Positions 57,201-64,000 of a stretch of 64,000 nucleotides of DNA are shown one piece after another; position 1 is the first letter of the stretch; each line of letters starts with the position of its first letter. Location: positions 32,001-96,000 of IMG/VR virus record IMGVR_UViG_3300007177_000055. One strand, written 5' to 3'. A program made the translations under genes and the position numbers. This stretch comes from a virus. The notes under the pieces were generated by a model. That model ran no database searches, was not told the DNA's origin, and was given only the letters and a program-made list of their open reading frames with translations.

Positions 57201-60200
57201 GTACCAAAGTAACGATTAGTAAATTCAGGTTCGGGGTCAAAAACTGGACGGCCCATCAAAGCAGGACTAAATAGTGCTTCGTCTAGCTCAATATCAGGAT
57301 TAACAGCTCGATACAACCGACGTCGGTGCATTGAGTCTCTGCGGTTACCTGTATCTGCACCATATTCTTCCATGCGACGACCTTGCGAATTAAATTCAAC
57401 CGGTAACAAGCCAACTTGCTCTTCCATAAAAGACCCAACGGTTTCTGGCAACAAAAACCGAGCTATAAAACCGAAACCTGGAATGTCCAAAGCTTTTGTT
57501 CTAAAGGAGTAAAGCGCCGGGTCTGCTATTTGAGCTATTACATTAGTAGCACTAAACAACGTATTCAACCCTGGCGCTCGACCTACAGAACTTAAAAATC
57601 CAGCCGCAGTAGCGGTAACTGGTTTAAGTAAGCTTTCGTTAAGGCGATCAAAAGTAGTTAAGAAAAAGTTCTGAACGCGATTGTTGCTAGCTTTGTTTAT
57701 AGCTAAGTATCCACCTATAGCTGCTAAAGCAGCTAAAGTAGTAAAGCCAGCTTCAGCTGCCCAGGCTTTACCTATAACACTAAACACACCTAATCCTACA
57801 GCAAGTTCCGTACTCTTAGCAGTTACAAAATAACCAGCTTGAGTACGTACCGCCTCATTAGGCGAACTCAAGTAAGAAGCACCAGCTAACAACTCGTAAC
57901 CTTGAACTACATTAAAGTAACTCATTAGAGTACCAGTGGAACCTGCTAGACCTTCTCCGATTAAACCGGAGTAGCCTCTTTCCCTAAAGGTTTTGTTAAT
58001 AGAGCTAGCTAAAGGCTCATTGAAAGTTTGTGTTGGCATTATCGCACGTTGACGCTTTTTAGCTCCCCAACCTGCACTTTGGGCAGTAGTAGTTTCAAAG
58101 GTATCTCCCAAAAAGTCTTCGTGTAACAATTGAGCTACATTAGCAAAATGGTTTAGGGCATTTAAACGACCATTTATAGGATCAGCATCCCAAGCCTGAG
58201 CTACTTTAGCTTCCAACCCATATTGATCTGCTATTTTCCCCAACCTGTTACCTACGTCAAAGCTGTTGTTAATACTAGTAAAAAGACGATAAGCTCCTTT
58301 ACCACTAGGGTTATAGATTTCTCTCATTCGAGTAAGCAGCGTGTCGCGAACTTGACTTTCCCTAAGTAAAGCTGAATTACCCGCTGCTGTTTGGAATTCT
58401 TCTAACAACCCAAATCGGGCAGCATTATAAGAATTTACTAAGTCTCTAGCTTGTGTTTCAGATATACCGCTAGGAACTGCTCTTACTAGTAAGTCTTTAG
58501 TACCCCCAGAACTGTTGGCCTCAAAAATAACTTGACCTTTACCAGAAACATAATCAACACGAACCCTAAAGCTCGAATTCATCCGGGCCTTAATGTCATC
58601 AAAAGAGTGAATATAAGGTTTAACCCTAGATGAAGTAGCAAAAGTAAACGCAGCTAAACCAATGCCAGCAAAAGAAGCCACACTAGCAGCTGTCAATGTA
58701 GCTAACAAGACTCCACCAAACAAAGCAGAAGGCAAAGAGCTTTTATCGAAAGCCTGGCCAGTAGAAGCCAAAGTGCTAGTAAAGTAAGAAAGAAAAGGAG
58801 TGCGACCTAAGATTTGTTCTTTGTAATACCCAGAATAGTTGCCTAAATCATCACCTGAAGCTTTACCCGTAGCAAAGTCTAAAAAGTCAAATAGCCCCTT
58901 TTTCAGCTCGTTAACGCTAAATTCACCACCTGCTCTAGCAGAATAGTTAGCTAGATTAGGAAAATAGGCTTTGCCATATCGTTTGGCTAGCCAACTAGCT
59001 ACGTGATGTTCATACAACAAACCCATCAAGATTTCTTGAGGCCTTTGGTTAGATATACGAATTAACTCTTGTTGACGTTGACGGATAGCTAAGGATAAAC
59101 CCTGACTACTACCAAGTTGTGCGTATTCTTCACTGGTTACCGCTTTCTGAATAGCAGCTGGTTGTTGTCTAGGCACAGCACTAAAAACGGAATAATAAGC
59201 ACTAGCTACACCACGGTTGGCGCCTATCAACGCAGCTAGCATATAGGCTTGATCTCTAGTAGTCGTAAGACCTTTAACCATGGTCATTTCAGACCCAGAA
59301 ATGTCAGTGTAAGCCGTAGTAGCTTGCACATAACTCCTAAAGCCGTTCTTAGAATCTGAGATACCCAAAGGCCCTATTAAAGAGGCAAACATATTAGGGT
59401 TATCTTGATAAGCACCAGTTAGCTTTTGAACATTAGCTACACCTAAAGCAGAACCTAACAGTTGTTGTATTAAACCACCTAAACCTGGGTTTCCTTGACT
59501 AGGAACGGCACCGTATTTAGCTGCTCTACCTACAGCCAATTGAGCTTGGGTGTAATTGTTTTGACCAGTAAGGAAAAAAGGCAGTAACAGGTTTTGTAGC
59601 CCGTTCATTTCTCCCTTCAAACCAACAGTCAGTAAGTTGCCAGCCGCTAAAGCCGCCCCAATTAAAGCTAGACCTGCTCCGTACTTAAAACCTTTGCGAC
59701 TAGCTAGACTGAAACGTAAGCCCGCAGTTTCTATTAGAGCCGGACGCAAAGACTGTAGCTGTAATAGTGCTCTTGGATCAGAGTCTTTAGCAGCTTGTTG
59801 TAAAGCTTCCTTTAAAGTACTCCCACGTACACCTTCTGCTGCCAGCAAACTTTTATCGCTGGCTGCAAAATTACGTTCATATAAAGCCCATATTTGGCTT
59901 TGGTACCGAGCTGTAGCACCTACAGCTGGCTTGCCTTCAGCAAACTTAGAAAATATAGGATCTTCAGCTCCAGCAAATACACCAGCTCTGCTTAAAGCAG
60001 CGCCGTAAAAAGCTCCGTAAAAGGAACCTATGTAGAGCTGCCGTGCAAAGTTTTCTCTAGCTACCTTTTCAGCTGACCATTCTGGGTCATTAGCTTTAGT
60101 AGACTCTAATTCATATATCAAACCCAACGGGTTAAAAACAGACGATTTAGGTGAAACTAAGGAACTAGCTGCTAAATAAGGTAATAAATAAGGGGTTAGT

Positions 60201-63200
60201 CTACGTAAACGTCTGCCCAACACCAGCGAAGTTTTGTCCGGACTTAAATCAAAGACGCTTTGAAAAGCTCCTTTAACTATGTTGGGAGCTACTAAAGTAG
60301 GAACCTGAGACCAAGTAACTAATTTTTTAGCTAAACCTCCACTAACGCCAACTAAATCTCTAGCAGTAGACCAATTCTTTAAATCTTGGGCTACACCCTT
60401 GTCTCTAGCTTTGGCCATCAACACGGAAATATCAGCTGCGTTATCCCCTCTAAAAGTACGGTACCCAGACCCTAAGTAACTAAAGGCACCTACGGTACCC
60501 ATAGCTGCGTACATCTGCGATTCAGGGAAGAATGTCACTAAAGATGCTAAGTCTGAAGCTTGTGTCCAAAAAGCAGCTCCTTGGTCATCCTTAACAAACT
60601 GTCCACTACTAGCTACAGCGCTTCTTTTTCGCAGCAAATCTTGTATAGGACTTCTGGGTGCTCCGTAAGTTAAGCCAAAAGGACTCATCGGAGTAGAACC
60701 AGCACCTAAAATCGGCATAAATTGGAAACCTGCCCCTACAGCTGTAACTCCAGTACGAGGGTCACTTCGACCAACTACAGTGAACTGGAAGATAGGTGTA
60801 GGTATTTGCAGAGCAAAGTTATAAGTTATATCCTGCCTAGTAACATCAGGCGTCTCTAAGCGTTTAGCTAAGTCCCTGAGCATCTGAACCCTAGCCAGGT
60901 ATATTGGATTGTTAGAGCGGTTAGAGTCTTGTAAGGAGCTTACTATATTTCCTTTAGCCAAAGCACTTTCTGGGTCTATTTCATAAGACTTATCTTTGTC
61001 TTTACGGTAAATCGTATTAGCCAGAGTAGCTAAAAAAGACACCGAAGCCTGCGCAGTTAATATTCCAGCTAATGCACCAACCAGTGCACCAGTCTTAGAA
61101 AAACGCACACCCATATATCTAAGACTAGACTTACCACCTTTTTCAATACCGATAACTTCGGTATAGTAGTCTCTACGCCAGGCACTTTCACCCGTAAAAC
61201 GGTACCAACCCGAAGACTTACCGTTGTTTAGTATTTCATCTACTGATCTATCGCCGCCCAAGTCTAAACGCTTAGTTCTTGTTTCAGGGTCAGGAGGCTG
61301 AACTAAATTCCATTGTCCTTTAGGACTTACATTACGCTCAGTAATTACGACTTGACCTGAACCAGATTCCCACTTATAGCTTCCTGAGTATACGTTTAGT
61401 AAGTTCTTAGAATTACCACCAGCAGTACGTACAACTTGACCTCGCTGTATAGGTACGTTCCCAGTTTGAGCAAAAGGTCTTCTATTTACGATGTCTGTCA
61501 GGTTGTTAACGTCGTAATTAACATACTGAACTTGGCGTTGGTGCAAAACGTGACCCCCAAACCAAGCACCTGTAGCTAGAGCCATTGTGGCCAAAGGCTT
61601 AGGTACTACACCAGTAAAATAAGTTTCGTTCCACCTAGTCCAGTCTTCTTGGTTTTGAACTTTGTAACTGTTTGAAATCTCAGCTCCAAGTTGCGTAAAT
61701 AAATCAGCTCCTTGAGGCTGCATGTAATAGTTATCAAAGATACGGTCTAAGACTAACAACGACCCTAACTTAAAGAAACCAGAGCGAAACTTACCAAAAG
61801 GACTAACGTCTTTAAAACCACCAGCAGTAAGAAAACTAGCTGAATTACGAGCGTTACTAAAGTCTACTTTTTGTTCCCGTAAGTTTAGTAAGGTAGGTCC
61901 AAAGTTCCGCCCCCTTAACTGAAGTTCTTCAAAAATAAGACGATTCTGCTTGAGGAAAATGTCCTGACTGGTTTGGAACACTTCCTTAACGGAACCTTGG
62001 GTGATAAAACTGGCTGCCTGACGACCAATACGACTTACAGCTTTAGTTAAAGAAGTAAAGCCAGGGCTAACTAAAGAACTAGCGGAACGATCTGATCCAG
62101 GTTCTATGCTTTGTCCCCCTACAGCTTTAGTACGAGTTGAATAGTTGCCGATTAGATCCCTTATCTCTGGCAACCACAACCAAGGGCTAGCAAAGATAAA
62201 TCGTCCGGTCTGATCAGCCGCGCCAGCCAAAGCTCTAATGCGCTCAGTACCTATATTTTTCAGAGTTAATACACTCTTGTATTCTCCGTTTTCTCGCAAT
62301 TGTATTTGAGGTAGTTCTCTGGATAGCCTCTGACCCTCTTCCCAAGCTTCTTGTTTAGCTCTTTTTTCAACGGGATCACGTGGGTCAGCCGTCATTACAT
62401 ACCCTAAGAACGGTCCTAAAAAGTTATCCCAAACGCTAGAATCTATGCGACGAAATAAACCTATTAACCCTAGAGGTCCGGAAGTTAAGCCTTTAGGTTT
62501 TATCTCAAAACTGGAAGTGTCATAAACAAAACCTAGTTGTTTGCGTTCCAGTTCTATTAGTTCTACAGCTGTAGTGCTAGCAGTTATACCTTTAATGCGT
62601 GGTAAACGAGCTTCTTCAGTTAAAGTACGACTTCCACTAGGACCATCAATATAGCGAGGCAAGTTCCCTACATCAGGTAGAGTAAGTTGGCGAGATTTTA
62701 TTAAATCATCTAGTTGAGTTGAGGACTGACCTGGTGCCAAAGTAGCTTTAGCTCTTTCTAAAGACTCGATAGTGTTCTGCTCTAGTAAGTACAACATGTT
62801 CTTACTGAGACTTGTACCGTCTGCTGCCATTGCTCTTTGGCTGGCTACGGAATAAACTGTGGAGTACCAACCATCAATCATCTTACTTCTCACACCATAC
62901 TGAGCCATAGCATCAGCTGCTTGTTGCTCTATATGAGCTCTAAGCAGAGTAACACCGTGGCTAAAAGCAAAATAACTACCTATAGCTTGTGCTGTCTGCA
63001 CTGCTACTTCCTGACCAAAAGCTACGATGCGCTCTACAGGTCCGGCATCTTGCTTTTGTCTATAAGCTGAACGATAAAGCTTTCTTAGACTACCGTAATC
63101 TCTGCCTGCTTTAGCGTCTTCTAAGTCTTGTAGCCAGTAAAAGCCAGTAGCAGTATCCAACGCCCGACCAACTGCCGCTCCCAAAAATCCTATTAAACCC

Positions 63201-63994
63201 AAACCGGGTTTATACAAGTCAGTGTTGAAGGTAGCGTTTAGTGAGTTTCCTATACCAGGATCACCTAGCTGCCGATCCATTTGTTTCAGCCAGAAATTAG
63301 CCGGCTTATTGCTTACTAAAGAATGAAAGTCTTGATAAACACTAACTTTAGTATTGGGGTGATCAGTAAAGAAAGACTGCGGCATCTTGGTAGGTAGCCG
63401 CTGCAGCATACGCGCAGGCCCTCCTACTCCTCTTTCTTTAGAAACTGTCGTAACATCTACAAACAACAAGTCCCTTACATTTTTAGGGAAACTTCGGTAG
63501 TCCTTTTGTAAGGCTAGGTCTCTAAGGTAACTAGACCCTAAAACGTCTGCAAACCGACTGGGGTTAGCTGACATATTCTCAAAACCGTACTTTTTAAGGC
63601 CCTTTAGCTCCCTGGCCAAAGCATCTGCTAACTTCTTGTCGGTTAAATAACGAACCTTTTCTAAAGTCTTGTAAGCACTGGCTTGAGAAAAGTTATAAGA
63701 ACCTACTAAGAGTTTACTATCAATAACACCCGTCTTAGAGTGTTGCAGTAGTTGCTTAATGTAGTCTGTTGGTTGTAAATAAACTTCTACTCCGGCCACG
63801 CTTAGTTGAGACAACAACTCAGCTGTAGTCTCTACATTGCCTCCCGCTTTAGTCCCTTTAGGGTTCTGACCATAAACTTTAACGTCTAAGCCACGTTCTT
63901 TAGCACGTATCAAAGCCGCTGCCACTTTTTGGTCAGTCATATACGCTTCTGATATATAAACCCGGTCCTTTGCCGAGTTTATATCTTTGATCAA
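51227..63994 (-). CDS. giant tape-measure/ejection-like protein (>4255 aa, frame open to the window edge) with PLD domain and C-terminal lysozyme, M23-like and amidase-like domains
   Basis: HSKTGVID...GSYNFS (HKD); long A/G/L-rich region with hydrophobic helices; AIRYAEGT...AAGAYQF (lambda-R-type lysozyme); QLHM...STGIHLH (M23-like); AAGH...E...ELH...ILEM (amidase_3-like). Confidence 0.85.
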   Translation of the reverse strand: MIKDINSAKDRVYISEAYMTDQKVAAALIRAKERGLDVKVYGQNPKGTKAGGNVETTAELLSQLSVAGVEVYLQPTDYIKQLLQHSKTGVIDSKLLVGSYNFSQASAYKTLEKVRYLTDKKLADALARELKGLKKYGFENMSANPSRFADVLGSSYLRDLALQKDYRSFPKNVRDLLFVDVTTVSKERGVGGPARMLQRLPTKMPQSFFTDHPNTKVSVYQDFHSLVSNKPANFWLKQMDRQLGDPGIGNSLNATFNTDLYKPGLGLIGFLGAAVGRALDTATGFYWLQDLEDAKAGRDYGSLRKLYRSAYRQKQDAGPVERIVAFGQEVAVQTAQAIGSYFAFSHGVTLLRAHIEQQAADAMAQYGVRSKMIDGWYSTVYSVASQRAMAADGTSLSKNMLYLLEQNTIESLERAKATLAPGQSSTQLDDLIKSRQLTLPDVGNLPRYIDGPSGSRTLTEEARLPRIKGITASTTAVELIELERKQLGFVYDTSSFEIKPKGLTSGPLGLIGLFRRIDSSVWDNFLGPFLGYVMTADPRDPVEKRAKQEAWEEGQRLSRELPQIQLRENGEYKSVLTLKNIGTERIRALAGAADQTGRFIFASPWLWLPEIRDLIGNYSTRTKAVGGQSIEPGSDRSASSLVSPGFTSLTKAVSRIGRQAASFITQGSVKEVFQTSQDIFLKQNRLIFEELQLRGRNFGPTLLNLREQKVDFSNARNSASFLTAGGFKDVSPFGKFRSGFFKLGSLLVLDRIFDNYYMQPQGADLFTQLGAEISNSYKVQNQEDWTRWNETYFTGVVPKPLATMALATGAWFGGHVLHQRQVQYVNYDVNNLTDIVNRRPFAQTGNVPIQRGQVVRTAGGNSKNLLNVYSGSYKWESGSGQVVITERNVSPKGQWNLVQPPDPETRTKRLDLGGDRSVDEILNNGKSSGWYRFTGESAWRRDYYTEVIGIEKGGKSSLRYMGVRFSKTGALVGALAGILTAQASVSFLATLANTIYRKDKDKSYEIDPESALAKGNIVSSLQDSNRSNNPIYLARVQMLRDLAKRLETPDVTRQDITYNFALQIPTPIFQFTVVGRSDPRTGVTAVGAGFQFMPILGAGSTPMSPFGLTYGAPRSPIQDLLRKRSAVASSGQFVKDDQGAAFWTQASDLASLVTFFPESQMYAAMGTVGAFSYLGSGYRTFRGDNAADISVLMAKARDKGVAQDLKNWSTARDLVGVSGGLAKKLVTWSQVPTLVAPNIVKGAFQSVFDLSPDKTSLVLGRRLRRLTPYLLPYLAASSLVSPKSSVFNPLGLIYELESTKANDPEWSAEKVARENFARQLYIGSFYGAFYGAALSRAGVFAGAEDPIFSKFAEGKPAVGATARYQSQIWALYERNFAASDKSLLAAEGVRGSTLKEALQQAAKDSDPRALLQLQSLRPALIETAGLRFSLASRKGFKYGAGLALIGAALAAGNLLTVGLKGEMNGLQNLLLPFFLTGQNNYTQAQLAVGRAAKYGAVPSQGNPGLGGLIQQLLGSALGVANVQKLTGAYQDNPNMFASLIGPLGISDSKNGFRSYVQATTAYTDISGSEMTMVKGLTTTRDQAYMLAALIGANRGVASAYYSVFSAVPRQQPAAIQKAVTSEEYAQLGSSQGLSLAIRQRQQELIRISNQRPQEILMGLLYEHHVASWLAKRYGKAYFPNLANYSARAGGEFSVNELKKGLFDFLDFATGKASGDDLGNYSGYYKEQILGRTPFLSYFTSTLASTGQAFDKSSLPSALFGGVLLATLTAASVASFAGIGLAAFTFATSSRVKPYIHSFDDIKARMNSSFRVRVDYVSGKGQVIFEANSSGGTKDLLVRAVPSGISETQARDLVNSYNAARFGLLEEFQTAAGNSALLRESQVRDTLLTRMREIYNPSGKGAYRLFTSINNSFDVGNRLGKIADQYGLEAKVAQAWDADPINGRLNALNHFANVAQLLHEDFLGDTFETTTAQSAGWGAKKRQRAIMPTQTFNEPLASSINKTFRERGYSGLIGEGLAGSTGTLMSYFNVVQGYELLAGASYLSSPNEAVRTQAGYFVTAKSTELAVGLGVFSVIGKAWAAEAGFTTLAALAAIGGYLAINKASNNRVQNFFLTTFDRLNESLLKPVTATAAGFLSSVGRAPGLNTLFSATNVIAQIADPALYSFRTKALDIPGFGFIARFLLPETVGSFMEEQVGLLPVEFNSQGRRMEEYGADTGNRRDSMHRRRLYRAVNPDIELDEALFSPALMGRPVFDPEPEFTNRYFGTAGYAERILNQGGFRSQSQVSNLLLSAMRQRQFGVDSTAANFYYTRPQEPVYSYSPLITAGSLAALNSQRRGLGYGYVMRTAAATLYEDSREILRSLTQSQGAYNLRSLFSGINRVTGRGVQSTVRGSKRAVGAAFASLGLRSFSGIGRLASLPAKVGTFFEPAVKFGRTAAKLGGVVAPSVVLGAAASWQLSEAIGDAYATKANLNERQRNQLKQSLTGISWAGGSVLLLADTKMRWNTESSTIVKSKKLTGRLGRVAIAAGLGAWAMTSIFNYLGEATSKNLGFNYGDEDSFTYHASTVAGTLAGPAAYFWQGRIRIAYERYKVDAIKAIEEAAGEIKPDYSKVQSLKTFVGGRKILGIGPKWRSLKSGRALGLGLFLGLAPLVPINSPNSLGLLNTVLLGATLVGGLALVLGQDINTQILETTKRQILGSPIERPIRFTMRALQPIRSFLSQLGRLLPMARQLTSKARSAWANSPWPGRLVGLSGKLSRFSLEYSGLATAGFSVSQLTASSRKVQYQTAYSEFYENAAGLAFSAAGGRTRQVMGSFFMAQSLVQDNPWLKSVTSEFYEQDQADPQNAPYRNAQRVGFLAAGVVGLGVVTRNLVNKLPLAAKGLVQSGAGVFLSAAGTYQSVTALTKTLNTDRTPWQISQDAADLEFKSLQTGLLGLIANNGVSTALWSALGAGALGLDSVREWRTSQIADRMQDINQYSRAGYAGLNQYQRVGGVIGGTTLAALALFASVPLLSGGPLGAVVAANIEMAAWNAGQGLGSMAGTEAFFLKNDPKSRPWEAAAVSFGNYLSGGFNSRLARAGTLLNAQHYGFDIGGLGNISNLVTGSFDELDSVRLGNLLTSDSLGPRSFVYDSSSRTLQLAPRDYAVYKATGVLPDNYLGTKLSDRIRERAFGFLVRSGPRSQIREALAEKRADRPVDRVLPLGVKVGIKGRFGDYVKSLYEPRQSFVTNGGTQLNLFQKGINLLGHPLGAARTLLGGRLGLGLTSINVLDEVVNSGKSWSQAGVNAVGAALISGAALTGIQAVFSALGLGTGFAATARVVAPALIIRQLTSVSMRSYRTYQMPGSQNLTDDTIEKVSNVSGVSAGASALALTKYLPAINQAARLIYSFTAPALQNLGKAAARLVGLPLLLVGLEGSFRPVGSSEPDRERNPEAFTQSGKLYSVLQPTQQEVIYSYVATKRRRFASQITAYKATRKQQRWVLQQTFKDSVATEEKPWWQQAMDWLGGRAKDLVYSVSAGLQRVKDAAAAAAGGAVDALSQALGGPVEFGYTGLNDNARAILTAIRYAEGTLGPKGYQTIYGYKYFTDMSKHPDSVNVTGGYASAAAGAYQFMPGTYARFSKTKSFTPADQDRAALAQIRALGIDPYTAKLTPEVMAKLAPVWASFPTLSGKSYYGQPVKSQQELMGVYQRALKGEYKVPFGLGQSSLAELTDSVTQAPYTVFSGGRAVTKYSQLKYHWAGTGNYTGYVKSPIYETGVESIIKGTKQVVFDIVLLRKGSSNVVVPAMQSGTVIGIDNKYGRVTIRGADGSITKQLHMSSLRVKLGQTVTYGQALGIQDRVDAGGASTGIHLHGEAPRPIWQRYFTSLTTGKWGEADSRNFRSSNSSVSGDIRKAHSAVNQNAIYQGSSKVPFIVFAAGHADSQRGSEKAEGTLGELRYNQAVLAALETKVRAAGLSDKIRFYRPGADNLLGSDPRSQYSVAERTERAGGQYVELHVSEMPTREHPLGGHTGTMTGVNESALDRELQSYYGDYGSKREGLGIPRRGGTILEMRAAKTIQGLSRVEYQKKVQEDANRLYQSSLKSLQVKPNSSVRKPQVVVPTKPRHVFQKRAEVPVTQSYSSASIRNAQIELASAIDPAQQVAFYTLVSAGAAAMKATVAPAVYQVKADLGVKANQHAEPMAKPVKERFDLVATKAAGVENETTYVSMVQNYASVVELIGQDPAARHRQSEAAAHEPMPLGQRGSGHWTPTGPRTDSGQLG

Positions 63995-64000
63995 CTTAGA

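Overview
This window is part of a large, densely coded dsDNA phage genome, almost certainly a cyanophage. The host evidence is a Synechococcus/Cyanobium-type ThyX, a cyanobacterial-style sigma70, a CP12-like gene missed by the ORF track, a cyanophage-type class I RNR and cyanomyovirus-like fibre proteins. The + strand carries replication, recombination and nucleotide genes: RecA, a family A polymerase split into two genes and interrupted by two group I introns, beta-clamp-like and DnaX-like proteins, UDG, two SF2 helicases, ThyX with an intein, ATP ligase, primase, RuvC, a RecB-type nuclease and RNR alpha/beta. The - strand carries virion genes, including a >4255-aa protein with a PLD domain and three predicted wall-hydrolase domains. 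The best candidate for a new system is an apparently complete phage-encoded ubiquitin-like conjugation pathway: a JAB-E2-E1 operon (10025-13512) plus a distant Ubl gene (1559-1912) ending in a tandem D[T/S]KG motif with a short extension. The two loci share a 17/18-identical upstream element. Also notable are an intein inside the sigma factor's promoter-melting region, two apparent pseudo-enzymes (RNase HII, PTP) and two atypical tRNAs. All calls rest on motif recognition by eye; no database searches were run.
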